Part shown: positions 46,374 through 57,275 of the stretch, piece after piece
Numbering within the stretch: the first letter of the stretch is position 1
How the letters are laid out: each line of letters opens with the position of its first letter
DNA from: Polyangiaceae bacterium
GTDB taxonomy: Bacteria > Myxococcota_A > Polyangia > Polyangiales > Polyangiaceae
Direction of reading: 5' to 3'
NCBI GenBank assembly: GCA_046351455.1
Contig: JAXLYM010000003.1
Coordinates: 216,364-280,363, forward strand
Length of the DNA: 64,000 bases
Program-made: the position numbers and the translations under genes
Notes under the pieces: model-generated
Seen by the model: the letters and a program-made list of their open reading frames with translations, nothing else
What the model was told of the DNA's origin: nothing
Databases searched by the model: none

Positions 46374-47504
46374 ATGCTGCCGAAAATGCCCTGGTACCTG
46401 TACCTCATCGGCGCCCTCGGCCTGGCGCTGCTCATGATCGTGCACGAGGGAGGTCACTTCCTCGCGGCGCGCGCGTACGGCATGCGGGTGACCAAGTTCT
46501 CGATCGGCTTCGGGCCCACGATCTTCAAGGTCGTCCCGGACGAGGGGTACTTCTGGTTCACCACCGCCGCCGGCCGCATCCGCATCCGCTTGTGGCGTCA
46601 CGATCCCGAGAAGCACGGCCCCACGGTGTTCCAGGTCGCCGCGATCCCGTTCCTCGCGTACGTGCAGATCGCGGGCATGAACCCGCTCGAAGAGGTCGAC
46701 CCGAACGACAAGGGCAGCTACGCGAACGCGAGCCTCGTCGGCCGCATCGTCGCGATCTTCGCCGGCCCGCTCGCGAACTACCTCTTCGCGTCGGTGCTGT
46801 TCCTCGGCGTGTACTCGGTCGCCGGCAAGCTCGTCACGGTCGACCGCGACTCCACCACGATCAGCGTGCTCGACGGCCGCCCCGCGTCGAACGCGGGCAT
46901 CAAGGACGGCGACACGATCGTGAACGTCGGCGGCGTCGAGGTCGAGAACTGGACCAAGATGGCCGAGAACATCTCGAAGCACCCCGGCGAGAAGATCCCG
47001 ATCACCGTGAAGCGCAACAACGAGCGCGTGACGATCGAGGTCACGCCCTCGGACGAAGGCGGCAAGGGCCGCATCGGCGTCGGCCTCTACCGCTACCGCC
47101 AGAAGGTCAGCCTGCAGGAGGCCGGCGAGCTCGCGGTGAAGCGCCCCGCCCTCGTTTTGAAGGACCTCGTGCTCGGTCTCGGGGAGTGGCTCCGCCGCCG
47201 CACGGTGGAGGATCTCGGCGGGCCGAAGAAGATGGTCGAGGCGACGGCGGAGGCCGCGAAGAGCGGATGGGCCGATTTCGTCGAGTTCATGGCCGCGCTC
47301 TCCGCGTACCTCGGCGCGTTCAACCTCATCCCGTTCCCCGCGCTCGACGGCGGCCGCCTGATCTTCCTCGGCTACGAAGCCGCGACGCGCCGCCGCGCGA
47401 ACCCGCGCATCGAGGCCGTCATCCACGGCGTCGGCCTCATCATGCTCCTCGGGCTGATGGGCTACGTGACGCTCTTCAACGATTTCCGCCTGGGCGCCAA
47501 GTAA
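46374..47504 (+). CDS. rseP: RIP site-2 metalloprotease RseP (M50 with PDZ domain)
   Basis: HEGGHFLAARAYG (HExxH) lies in the first TM. There is a PDZ segment, and LDGG near the C-terminus. Confidence 0.9.
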   Translation: MLPKMPWYLYLIGALGLALLMIVHEGGHFLAARAYGMRVTKFSIGFGPTIFKVVPDEGYFWFTTAAGRIRIRLWRHDPEKHGPTVFQVAAIPFLAYVQIAGMNPLEEVDPNDKGSYANASLVGRIVAIFAGPLANYLFASVLFLGVYSVAGKLVTVDRDSTTISVLDGRPASNAGIKDGDTIVNVGGVEVENWTKMAENISKHPGEKIPITVKRNNERVTIEVTPSDEGGKGRIGVGLYRYRQKVSLQEAGELAVKRPALVLKDLVLGLGEWLRRRTVEDLGGPKKMVEATAEAAKSGWADFVEFMAALSAYLGAFNLIPFPALDGGRLIFLGYEAATRRRANPRIEAVIHGVGLIMLLGLMGYVTLFNDFRLGAK

Positions 47505-47525
47505 GCGCTCTCCCCTTCATTTCCC

Positions 47526-48521
47526 GTGCGATCCTCGACTTGGTGTAACGTTGACACCAAGGTGACTGTCGCGCTCCTCGCGGGCGTGACGTCGCTCCTC
47601 GTGGCGGCGATCGCGCGCGCCGACGACGCGAAGCCTTCGGTGTTCGACGCGCCGGCGCCGCCCACGTTGCCGGCGCTCGCGCACCGCGACGCCACCGCGA
47701 CGTTCGAGCTGACGGGCGCGGTGATCCAGACCAACAAGCTGGATCGCAGCGGCGACGCGTTCGCGTATTTCGGCCACCTCGAAGGCGAGTATCCGATCGT
47801 GCCGCGCACGTGGTTCGTCGGCCTCTCGAACGACATGGCGTCGGCGGCGGTGCCGGGCGTGGGCAAATCGTTCCTCATCGGCAACCCCGAGATCTCGGGC
47901 CGCGGCTTGTGGTCGAGCGTGCGCGGCCTCGCGTCGGGCGGCGGCCTCGGCATCGTGCTGCCGTTCCCGCGCAGCCTGTCGCCGGTGGAGGAAGAGGTCC
48001 TCCGCACGGTGCGCGTCGTGCGCCCGTGGGACCTCGCGAGCTTCTCCAGCCTGCAGCTCACCTTCCGCCCCTGGATCGACATCCGGCATGTCACGGGAGG
48101 CCTTATTTTCCAGCTCCGGCAAGCGGTCGACTGGTCCATCAGCCTCACGGGCCCGGACACGGCGGCGAACGGCGCGACGGCCTCCGGCTCGAAGCCGCGC
48201 GTCACGAACTTCACCGCGCGCCTCACGTTCTACATGGGGTATCGCCTGTCGCGCGCGATCGGCGTCGGCGTGGAGCTGTGGGAGGTCTACGAGGTGACGA
48301 AGGATCTCCCGAACGACGACAACCGAGCGACGTTCGCGCTCTCGCCGAGCATCCGCTTCATGTTGCCGCGCGTGCAGCCGGCGGTGAGCTTCCTGTTCCC
48401 GCTGTCGACGCCTCTGCGCGGCGACGTGGCCTCGTACTACGCCGCCCGCTTCAACATCGGCTTCAGCTTCGACGTCCGCCCGGGGATGAAGGACGTCGAG
48501 ACCGCGATGAAGATCGAATGA
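47526..48521 (+). CDS. secreted hypothetical protein
   Basis: The signal-like segment is VTVALLAGVTSLLVAAIARADD. The start is probably GTG near 47562. There are no recognisable motifs. Confidence 0.5.
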   Translation: MRSSTWCNVDTKVTVALLAGVTSLLVAAIARADDAKPSVFDAPAPPTLPALAHRDATATFELTGAVIQTNKLDRSGDAFAYFGHLEGEYPIVPRTWFVGLSNDMASAAVPGVGKSFLIGNPEISGRGLWSSVRGLASGGGLGIVLPFPRSLSPVEEEVLRTVRVVRPWDLASFSSLQLTFRPWIDIRHVTGGLIFQLRQAVDWSISLTGPDTAANGATASGSKPRVTNFTARLTFYMGYRLSRAIGVGVELWEVYEVTKDLPNDDNRATFALSPSIRFMLPRVQPAVSFLFPLSTPLRGDVASYYAARFNIGFSFDVRPGMKDVETAMKIE

Positions 48522-48523
48522 GG

Positions 48524-48562
48524 GTTTACAAGGGGGCAAAGCCCCCTCGTATCACTCCCCCG
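48524..48562 (+). repeat. copy 4 of the GC-hairpin repeat family, 3 nt after the stop of 47526..48521
   Basis: The sequence is gtttacaagggggcaaagccccctcgtatcactcccccg. Confidence 0.8.
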
Positions 48563-48590
48563 ATCGCCTACGAAACAAGGCTAGTTACGT

Positions 48591-49667
48591 TCAGCTCTTC
48601 GCGTTGAGCCGCGATGGGGGGCCGCCGGCGCGCGCGAGCTTCTCCTCCACCATCAGGTCGGCGACGCGGTACGTCGGCGTCAGCGTCTTCATGCTGCGCT
48701 CCGCGATCTCGTGGATCGTGTCGTAGATCTTCAGCGTGCGATCGCGGCTGATCGTCGCGTCGTAGCCGGCCACCTCCTGCGCGACGTTGATCAGGCCGCC
48801 CGCGTTGATCGCGTAGTCCGGCGCATAGAGGATGCCGCGCGCGTTGAGGTCGTCGCCGTGACGCGGCTCGTGGAGCTGGTTGTTCGCGGCGCCCGCGACG
48901 ATGCGCGCCTTGATCCGCGGCACCGTCTCGTCGTTCATCGCCGAGCCCAGCGCGCACGGCGCGATCACGTCGCACTCCACGTCGAAGATGCGATCGAGCG
49001 GGACGATCTCCGCCCCGAATTCACGCTGCGCGCGCTCGCTCTTCAGCGGATCGACGTCGGCCACGGAGAGCTTCGCGCCGCACGCCACGAGCTCCTTGCA
49101 CAGGTGATATCCGACGTGGCCCACGCCCTGGACCGCGACGTGGATGCCTTCGAGCGAGGCGCGACCGAGCTTGAGCTTCACGCACGCCTCGATGCCTTTT
49201 CGCACGCCGAGCGCCGTGAACGGCGACGGATCGCCGGAGCCGCCGTGCTGCGCGCCGACGCCCGTCACGTGCTTCGTTTCGAGGCGGATGAGCTCCATGT
49301 CCTCGAGCCCCGTGCCCGAGTCCTCCGCGGTGATGTAGCGCCCGCCGAGCGCCTCCACGAAGCGGCCGAACGCGAGGAACAGCGCCGCGCGGTCGAACAC
49401 GGGCTCCGCCGGGCGCAAAAGCACGCTCTTGCCGCCGCCGTGCGGGACGCCGCAGAGCGCCGCTTTGTACGTCATGCCGCGGGCGAGCCGGAGCGCGTCG
49501 ACGAGCGCGTCCTCGTCCTTCGCGTACGCAAGGAACCGGCACCCGCCGAGCGCCGGCCCGAGGCGCGTGTCGTGGATCGCGACGATCGCCCGCATCTTCG
49601 ACGCTGGATCGCGGCCGAGGTGAACTTCGCCGTAGTCGTAGCTCGCGAGGTGCCCGAAGACGTCCAT
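48591..49667 (-). CDS. Glu/Leu/Phe/Val dehydrogenase family, most likely leucine dehydrogenase
   Basis: It starts MDVFGHLASYDYGEVHL, which matches the Leu-DH N-terminus. KAALCGVPHGGGKS contains the catalytic Lys. The NAD motif is GVGHVGYHL. It is ~358 aa. The listed ORF extends to 50441. Confidence 0.85.
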   Translation of the reverse strand: MDVFGHLASYDYGEVHLGRDPASKMRAIVAIHDTRLGPALGGCRFLAYAKDEDALVDALRLARGMTYKAALCGVPHGGGKSVLLRPAEPVFDRAALFLAFGRFVEALGGRYITAEDSGTGLEDMELIRLETKHVTGVGAQHGGSGDPSPFTALGVRKGIEACVKLKLGRASLEGIHVAVQGVGHVGYHLCKELVACGAKLSVADVDPLKSERAQREFGAEIVPLDRIFDVECDVIAPCALGSAMNDETVPRIKARIVAGAANNQLHEPRHGDDLNARGILYAPDYAINAGGLINVAQEVAGYDATISRDRTLKIYDTIHEIAERSMKTLTPTYRVADLMVEEKLARAGGPPSRLNAKS

Positions 49668-49805
49668 CGAACCGTCCTTTTTCTTTCTTCCGAGAGGCCT
49701 TTTCGCCGCGGTTGCGCCCGAGACGCGCCGCGGCCGAGACTCGTTATCACAACCGGGCCTCCGCAGGTCTGTGCAAGACTCGCGCGAATTGGCATCCTGC
49801 GGACG

Positions 49806-50534
49806 ATGAGCGAGAAGCGCACCGCGTGGGGCCGTCCGGACGACGGCGAGGACAGGCCGTCCACCAAATCGGCGCTGGAAGAGGCGAAGGATCGCGTCGC
49901 CGAGGCGAAGGACAAGGCCACCGAGATCGGCGGCAAGGTCGCGGTCACGATGAAGCCGCACGCGGACGCCGCGATCGCAGGCATGCGCGCGGGCCTCGGA
50001 AAAATGGGCGACGCGCTGCGCGTGGACGACGCGCCGGTGGTGCCCGCGGAGCTGCTCTCGCAGGCGGATTTGCCGGAGCTGTCGAAGGAGGATCCGCTGG
50101 TGTCGCTCGCGAGCCGCCTCGATCGCGAGTCCGATTTCTGGCGCGCGGTGGCGATGCGTCAGCTCGCGCGCGCCGCGTGGACGGAGCGCCTCGGCGTCAC
50201 GTCGTCGATCCTGCTCCTGGTGGGCGGCGTCGTGCTCGCGGCGATCGCGGCCTTCCGCGCGCTCTTCGCGACGAAGGGGCACAGCGGCGACGCGACGGCG
50301 ATGCTCGTGGGCGTGGGCCTCGGCGTGCTGCTCGTCGCGGCCGTCGCGGTGGGCAGCCTCGCGGGCCGGCTGCGCCGCGGCCAGATGGAGGCCGTGCGAG
50401 ACGCGATGTCGCGCGCCGATCTCGCGGAGGTGCGGATTCACCGCGTCGCCCTGCTCCTGGAGCTGCGGAGCCAGGGAAAGGACGGCTACGTGACCGCCCT
50501 GTCCGATCTGGAGTCCGACGTCCGCAAGAGTTGA
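49806..50534 (+). CDS. hypothetical membrane protein (2 TM) with an N-terminal charged helical region
   Basis: It starts MSEKRTAWGRPDDGEDRPSTKSALEEAKDRVAEAKDKATE. The TM helices are ILLLVGGVVLAAIAAF and AMLVGVGLGVLLVAAVAVG. Confidence 0.45.
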   Translation: MSEKRTAWGRPDDGEDRPSTKSALEEAKDRVAEAKDKATEIGGKVAVTMKPHADAAIAGMRAGLGKMGDALRVDDAPVVPAELLSQADLPELSKEDPLVSLASRLDRESDFWRAVAMRQLARAAWTERLGVTSSILLLVGGVVLAAIAAFRALFATKGHSGDATAMLVGVGLGVLLVAAVAVGSLAGRLRRGQMEAVRDAMSRADLAEVRIHRVALLLELRSQGKDGYVTALSDLESDVRKS

Positions 50535-50683
50535 ACGGCCGTGAACCGCGGCCTCCGCGCGCCGGACACGGATGTCATGCCGGGGCCCGCGCGCGCCGTC
50601 GCCGGACGTGCCGAAAGCTTGTTTTTGCGGCGAATGTGAGCGATGGAGCCGAGTGGCCCGAAAGGTGCCAAAGGAGCCCGCTC

Positions 50684-51346
<663 letters not shown>

Positions 51347-51391
51347 CAGGGATCCTGATGCCCTCTCGGGGCACGATTCAGAGTGCCAGTC

Positions 51392-52141
51392 TCACTTCGC
51401 GGCGGTCTTCGGCGTCTCGGCCGGCTTCGGCGCGTCGGGGGCGATCGGGGCGGAGCTCGGCGTCGGGGTGTCTTTCGGCACCTCGCTCGGGGGGGTGCTC
51501 TCCAGCTCTTCCAGCTCCCAGATGAGCTGCGTGTTGCCCTGCGCGCCCGCGAAACGCAGGCCGAACCACTTGGCCTTCGGCGAGATGGTGGGGCGGCCGT
51601 CCACCGTGGCGCGCGGGAACGAGATCCGGAACGCGCGGCGGTACACGGTGTTGTACGGGAAATACACGCGCTCGATCACGTTCGGCTTGCGGATCGCCTG
51701 GATCTCCTCCGGCGCCGTCTCGTTCCCGGTGTCGTCGATGAGGCGGACGATCCACGCGCTGTCGGGCTTCGTGAGGTCGTTGTAGCGGTAGTTGCCGCCG
51801 TAGATCGCGACGAAGAAGCGGTGGTGCTGGTGCGTCTCCTCCAGCGCCTTCTCCAGGAGCTTCTTCCGCTCGTCGATGGTGAGGCGGTAGTCCTGCACGT
51901 AGCGGACGGTGTACGCCCAGCGGAAATCCCACGACTCGAAGGTGGCCGTCGCGGTGAGGAAGTTGTCGAGCTCGCTCAGCGCGAAGAGGCGCTCGGTGCG
52001 GGTCCACAGGCGCAGCACGGTCTCGTAGTCGGTCGCGACGTACTCGCGCGGCCCCTCGGCGAGGGAGACCACCGTTGTCGCGCAGCCGAGCAGCGGAGCC
52101 CCCAGCGCGAAGCAGACGAACGGGACGAGGAAGGAGCGCAC
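51392..52141 (-). CDS. lipoprotein, hypothetical, with a Pro-rich C-terminal tail
   Basis: It starts MRSFLVPFVCFALGAPLLGCAT (a lipobox). The C-terminus is PTPSSAPIAPDAPKPAETPKTAAK. Confidence 0.5.
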   Translation of the reverse strand: MRSFLVPFVCFALGAPLLGCATTVVSLAEGPREYVATDYETVLRLWTRTERLFALSELDNFLTATATFESWDFRWAYTVRYVQDYRLTIDERKKLLEKALEETHQHHRFFVAIYGGNYRYNDLTKPDSAWIVRLIDDTGNETAPEEIQAIRKPNVIERVYFPYNTVYRRAFRISFPRATVDGRPTISPKAKWFGLRFAGAQGNTQLIWELEELESTPPSEVPKDTPTPSSAPIAPDAPKPAETPKTAAK

Positions 52142-52233
52142 GCCCCGACGCTACCACGGCCCCGGCCCGAAAGACGACACCGCGGCAACTTCACGCAAGA
52201 CATTTTCGCGGGCCGCTCTTACCCTCGCCGGTC

Positions 52234-54099
52234 ATGCGAAGTACCAGGCTCCTTGCGCTGACTCCCCTCTTTCTTTTGTCGATCGCCTGCTCCGCGGGCC
52301 CCAAGTCGAACAGCACCGGCGGCGGCGGATCGTCCAGCACCGGCGGCTCCAACACCGGCGGCGGCGGCATCGGCGGGGACGCGCCCACCTGCGATTTCTG
52401 TAACGATCAAGGATACACCCCCTGCAACCCCGACAAGACCCCGGGGACGCCGGTGCCATGTCCGCAGGCGTGCGCGCCGGGCGTCGGTTGTGCGGAGTGC
52501 GTCCCCGGCGCCAAGACGTGTGTCGGCAACGACGTGCACGAGTGCACCCCGGACGGCAAACCGGGCGCTACCGTGGAGTCGTGCGACGTCGGCAACGGCA
52601 TCACGTGCTCGAACGGGGAGTGCAAGAGCGCCTGCGCCGTGGCCGCGGATCAGCCGAGCAACGTGGGCTGTGAGTTCTGGGCGGTCGACCTCGATCAACA
52701 GGACGGCTTCAACGACCCTGCGAGCGCGCCGTGGGGCGTCGCCCTCTCCAACGCGGGCCAATCGACGGCCAACGTCACCATCGAGATCAACAACGCCAAT
52801 CCGGGGGAGCCGCTCCAGCTCCAGACGGTGGAGCAGCTCACGGTCCCGCCGGGCGGCCTCATCGCGAAGACGCTCCCGACGCGCGAGCTCGACTGCGGCA
52901 CCAAACCGAACGACTACGCCTCTCCGGGCACGTGCCTGTCGTCGCGCGCCTTCCGCATCACGTCCAGCGCGCCGCTCATCGTGTATCAGTTCAACGTCTT
53001 CGAGAACGCGTATTCCAACGACGCTTCCCTTCTTTTGCCGACGAACGCGCTCGGCAGCTACTACCGCGTGCTCGGCTGGCAGGCGGGCCACCCGGTGAAG
53101 ATCCAGGGCTTCAACATCCTGGATCGCTCCTACGTCACGATCGTCGGCACGACGCCGAACACCGTGGTGAAGGTGAAGCCGAGCTGGCGAATCAAGGGCA
53201 ACCCGCCTGTCGCGGCGACGCCGGCCGGAGGCGATATCCAGGTCACGCTCGGGCCGTTCGACGTGCTCAACCTGGAGACGGACGACGGCACGTTCCAGGA
53301 CGACGTGAAGACGATGGCGGACCTCAGCGGCACGTTGGTGACGTCGAGCTTCCCGGTGGCCGTGTTCTCCGGCACCGAGAGCACCGGCGCGCCCGGCGGC
53401 ATCGTCGACATCCCGAAGGGGCCCGGCTGGACGGACGGCGACACGTGCTGTCTGGACCACCTCGAAGATCAGCTCTTCCCCATCGAGTCCATCGGCACCA
53501 ACTACGTCATTCCGCGCAGCCCGATCCGCTCGACGGGCTCGTACCACGAGCCGGACGTGCTCCGTTTCGTGGGCGCGGCGGAGGTCGCGAACGTGACGAC
53601 GTCGCTGCCCGCCCCCTTCAATCAATTCACCATCAACCCCGGTGAGGTGAAGACGACCTGGACGCAGGACGACGTCATCGTGCAGTCCGACAAGCCGGTG
53701 ATGGTCAGTCAGATCCTGGTGTCCAATCAATACTGCGACGGCGCGTACATCGGTGATCCGTCGCTGACGGTGTACCCGCCGGTCGACCAGTTCCGCACGG
53801 AATACATCATCTTGACGCCCGGCTCCTGGGACAAGAGCTATGTCGTGATCGAGGCCGAGGTCGGGACGAACGTCTCGATCGACGGCATGACGCCCGGTAA
53901 CTGCGTGATCACGCCGTCCGGAGCGCTGAACGGCGTCTCGTACGAGTCGCGCCGCTGCCCGCTGCAGGAGGGTGCGCACTCGCTCTCCGGTGACAAGCCC
54001 TATGGCATCGTCGCTTATGGCTACGGCAACGCGGGATCGTACGCATTCGTGGGCGGCGCCGACGTAAAGAGGATCTACGAGCCGCCGATTCCCAAGTGA
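52234..54099 (+). CDS. large secreted lipoprotein, hypothetical; N-terminal Cys-rich module followed by a beta-rich domain
   Basis: It starts MRSTRLLALTPLFLLSIACSAG (a lipobox), then a (GGGS) linker, then a Cys-rich block CDFCNDQGYTPC...CAECVPGAKTCVGNDVHEC. About 540 aa of beta-strand-like sequence follow. The listed ORF starts at 52075. Confidence 0.55.
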   Translation: MRSTRLLALTPLFLLSIACSAGPKSNSTGGGGSSSTGGSNTGGGGIGGDAPTCDFCNDQGYTPCNPDKTPGTPVPCPQACAPGVGCAECVPGAKTCVGNDVHECTPDGKPGATVESCDVGNGITCSNGECKSACAVAADQPSNVGCEFWAVDLDQQDGFNDPASAPWGVALSNAGQSTANVTIEINNANPGEPLQLQTVEQLTVPPGGLIAKTLPTRELDCGTKPNDYASPGTCLSSRAFRITSSAPLIVYQFNVFENAYSNDASLLLPTNALGSYYRVLGWQAGHPVKIQGFNILDRSYVTIVGTTPNTVVKVKPSWRIKGNPPVAATPAGGDIQVTLGPFDVLNLETDDGTFQDDVKTMADLSGTLVTSSFPVAVFSGTESTGAPGGIVDIPKGPGWTDGDTCCLDHLEDQLFPIESIGTNYVIPRSPIRSTGSYHEPDVLRFVGAAEVANVTTSLPAPFNQFTINPGEVKTTWTQDDVIVQSDKPVMVSQILVSNQYCDGAYIGDPSLTVYPPVDQFRTEYIILTPGSWDKSYVVIEAEVGTNVSIDGMTPGNCVITPSGALNGVSYESRRCPLQEGAHSLSGDKPYGIVAYGYGNAGSYAFVGGADVKRIYEPPIPK

Positions 54100-54331
54100 A
54101 GAAGGTCGCCGACCTCCTTCACTTGAGAATCTCTTTTCCCATCTCGGGGCGGCACGCGCCGCCCCGCCCCGCCGGCGGAGCCGTCGGGGTCCCCACCCCA
54201 CGCGATCCGCAAACGACGGCATCACCCGCCAGCAGCTTCGGGCCTATCGTGGTTCCGCGCTTTCGCGACGGTGGCGCGTCTCCTCGGTGAGGGCGCTTTG
54301 CGAAGGGGGGGCGGCGTGCGATGCTCGCGGG

Positions 54332-57013
54332 ATGCGGAGGAAGGGTGACGAGATCGATGTGGGGCTCGCGCGCGCATACGCCTGGCGGACCACGTTGATC
54401 GAGGACGAAAAGAAGGACGAAACGGGCGGGGAAGGCCCCTCTTCGGAGGCCCCTTCGAGCGACGGGCCGCGCACCGTGGAGGAGCTGCTCGCGGCCGACG
54501 AGAGCCCCGACAGCGCCCCCGAAGAGGCCGCGAAAGAAGGCGCCGAGGACGAGGACGAAGACGAAGGGCCCGAGTCGGACGGGCGCGGGCTCGCCGAGCT
54601 GCGGCAGAACGCGCTCCGCGACGCGACGGCCCTCGCGCACGCCGTGGATCGCGCGTGGATCCTGCCGCCCCACCTCGGGCGCGCGCAGCTCGACGCCATC
54701 ACCGACCTGACGAGGCGCGCGCAGCGGATGGGCATGCACGTCACGGCGATGAGCCATTTTCCGCTCCAGAGCGTGCGCTTCATCCGCCTCGTCGCGCGGT
54801 GCTGGGACCACCTCGACGAGGAGGCGCGCGAGGCCGCCAACTTCGCCGCGCAGCTCTGCGACTACTCGCACCCGGAGTCCGCCGATCTCGTGATCGAGGC
54901 CGTCCGCACGGGCGATCCGCACCTCAACACGTCGCTCACGATGGCGATGCGCCGCGTGGTCGAGAAGGAGCTGACGCGCACCACGAACGTGAGCGCCCGC
55001 CTCGCGCGCGTGCTCGACGAAGGCCCCACCGACGCCGCGCGCCGAGAGGCCCTGATGCGCCTGCTCACGCTGGGCCGCCGCGACGCCGCCCAGGCGATGC
55101 GCCGCGCCCTCAAGAGGCCGGTGTTCGGCGTGCGGTGGCGCGCGCTCGACGTGCTGAGCCGCCGCTTCCCCGACGCGCTGGAGCCGTCAGACGCCCTGTT
55201 CCTGCTGGAAGAAGCGGTGATCCGCCCCGAGCCGCCGACCGAGAACGACCCGAACAACCAGGAAGGATACATCATGTATCCCGACCTGCTCGATCGCCTG
55301 GTGGCGCGGCACAAGCCCGCGGGCGGCGCGGCGCTGCTGATCCGCATCCTCGAAGGGCGCGCGGCGGGCGGCTTCCGCTGGGGCTTCCTCGACGACGCGT
55401 GGGCCATCGGCGTTCTCGCGGCCGCGTACCCGGAGGCGGCGCTGCCCGAGATCGACCACCGATTCCGTCACATCGAGTGGGACCGCCGCAAGCTCGCGCT
55501 CCGCGGATCGAGCCGATTGCCGGACGAGCACGCGTACTCTCGGCTCCTCCTCGCCGCGGAGGACCCGGTGCCCGAATTCGCGGAGAGCGCCCGCGCGACC
55601 TGGCTCACGCGGCGCGGATCTCCCTGCCCCGCGGCGCCGCTCGCGGGCCTGGACGAGGGCCTGCTCGACGGCCCGCCGAGCGAACGGATGCTGGCAAGAC
55701 TCGATGTATTCCGACGCGGCCCGGCGGCGGCGCGCGCGGCGATGGTGCGCGTCCTGCTCGACGAGGCGCCGGATCCGGAGGCGCTCGTGCTCTTGACGTT
55801 CGGCCTCGGGGACAGCCGCCTCTGGGAGGTGGACCGGCGCCCGGATCTGCCCGATCGACTGGAGGGCTTCGTCCGCGAGATCGTGAGTCGGTTCGGCGCG
55901 CGCGGCGTGCGGGCCATCCTCGCGCGGCACGCCCGCTTCCCCGAGCGGCGCTACACGTGGCTGTGGACGCTCTCCACGACGGTGACCGGCACGAACCCGC
56001 TCCGCATCCCGGAAGAAGCCTGTTCGGACGTGCGGGCGGCCTGCGCCAAGCGCCTCGCGGAGGAGCCGAGTCCGAAATACGATGTCTTGAACCTGCTCTC
56101 GGTGGTGGGCGCGCCGGCCGAGTCGGTGCCGCGCCTGTGCGCCGTCGCGTGGGATCCGCACGCCGAAGGGTATTTGCGGGACGCGGCGTCGGCGGCGCTC
56201 GCGACGTTGCCGGCGCCGGAACTCGCGGCGCTGCTCGACGGCGAGATCGACGCGGCGCGCGCAGCCTCGGACGTGCCGCGCCTCGTGCGGGCGGCGGTGG
56301 CGGGGATTCGTGGGGGCTCGCCGCGCGCCACCGCGGCCGCGGAGGAGGTGTTGCGGGCGCACCTCGACGCCGCGCCGGACGATCCCGCGCTCGTCGACGC
56401 GCTGGAGGGCTGTGCGCGGGCGATGCTCGACAAGGGCCTTCTCACCGAAGAGGAGCGCCGGTCGTGGCTCGGTCGCCCCGGCACGTGCGCGTTCGTGATC
56501 GCGGCGCGGCGGGCGCACTTCTTCTTCGACGAGCCGGACACCGTGACGGCCCTCACGGCGGCGCTCTCCGGACACCCTGTCTGCGGGGCGGCCGCGGCGC
56601 ACGCGCTGCTGTTCCGCGGCCAGATCCAGCCTTCGGACGCGCGCCTCGCCCGGATCGCCGAGCGCGTGCCGCTCCCGGTGCGAGCGGGCTTGTTCTGGTC
56701 GATGTTCTATCACGAGGTCCCGCCGCGCTCGATGTGGCCTCTCGTCGAGGAGGTCCTCGTCTCTCCGGATCCGGCGGTGACTGGCCCCTTCCGTCACCGC
56801 GTGGAGCAGCTCCTGGACGGCGGGATGGGCGATTTCATCGCCTCGCTGGAGCACCGCGTCGTGAGCGAGGGCATCCTCGCCGACATCGAGGGATGGCGCG
56901 ATCTGCATGCGACGAAGCCCGCGCCGTACTGGCAAGACGAGATCGCCGAGGACGACGAAGACGAGGACGAAGACGAAGACGAAGACGCAGCCGAGGCCGA
57001 AGAGGACCGCTGA
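54332..57013 (+). CDS. large cytoplasmic hypothetical protein with an acidic N-terminal segment and a poly-Asp/Glu C-terminal tail
   Basis: The ORF is 54287..57013. There is an acidic stretch EEAAKEGAEDEDEDEGPESDG near the N-terminus. The protein ends DEIAEDDEDEDEDEDEDAAEAEEDR. I see no recognisable catalytic motifs. Confidence 0.5.
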   Translation: MRRKGDEIDVGLARAYAWRTTLIEDEKKDETGGEGPSSEAPSSDGPRTVEELLAADESPDSAPEEAAKEGAEDEDEDEGPESDGRGLAELRQNALRDATALAHAVDRAWILPPHLGRAQLDAITDLTRRAQRMGMHVTAMSHFPLQSVRFIRLVARCWDHLDEEAREAANFAAQLCDYSHPESADLVIEAVRTGDPHLNTSLTMAMRRVVEKELTRTTNVSARLARVLDEGPTDAARREALMRLLTLGRRDAAQAMRRALKRPVFGVRWRALDVLSRRFPDALEPSDALFLLEEAVIRPEPPTENDPNNQEGYIMYPDLLDRLVARHKPAGGAALLIRILEGRAAGGFRWGFLDDAWAIGVLAAAYPEAALPEIDHRFRHIEWDRRKLALRGSSRLPDEHAYSRLLLAAEDPVPEFAESARATWLTRRGSPCPAAPLAGLDEGLLDGPPSERMLARLDVFRRGPAAARAAMVRVLLDEAPDPEALVLLTFGLGDSRLWEVDRRPDLPDRLEGFVREIVSRFGARGVRAILARHARFPERRYTWLWTLSTTVTGTNPLRIPEEACSDVRAACAKRLAEEPSPKYDVLNLLSVVGAPAESVPRLCAVAWDPHAEGYLRDAASAALATLPAPELAALLDGEIDAARAASDVPRLVRAAVAGIRGGSPRATAAAEEVLRAHLDAAPDDPALVDALEGCARAMLDKGLLTEEERRSWLGRPGTCAFVIAARRAHFFFDEPDTVTALTAALSGHPVCGAAAAHALLFRGQIQPSDARLARIAERVPLPVRAGLFWSMFYHEVPPRSMWPLVEEVLVSPDPAVTGPFRHRVEQLLDGGMGDFIASLEHRVVSEGILADIEGWRDLHATKPAPYWQDEIAEDDEDEDEDEDEDAAEAEEDR

Positions 57014-57256
57014 CGCTCCCCCGCCGCGACTTCACAAAAAATCCGTCCGCGCCACCCCCCGAGCAGAGTCTGTATACGACGAGGCGCACTGCCCCGTGTG
57101 AGGCGATCACGTGCGGCTGTCTTGGAGAGAGCCGCCCCGCTCGTCCGTCGGCTCGACAAAATCGACGCCGGCGCACTCCGCCGGATCCGTCCCTCCGCGC
57201 GCCGGAGACGGTGAGATATCGACCGATGTTTCACCCGGTGTAGACTCCCCACTTCG

Positions 57257-57275
57257 ATGTGGCGTTTCGCCACAA
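57257..57275 (+). promoter_or_regulatory. perfect 7-bp inverted repeat TGTGGCG-ttt-CGCCACA in a 660-nt intergenic region; candidate regulator binding site
   Basis: It can be seen directly in the sequence (atgtggcgtttcgccacaag). Confidence 0.3.

Noticed and set aside
54119-54922. 267-aa minus-strand ORF, plus the ORFs 57231..57887 and 57370..58392 on the minus strand
   Set aside because: They are Arg-rich antisense artefacts opposite the acidic-tail protein gene and the HELIE lipoprotein gene.
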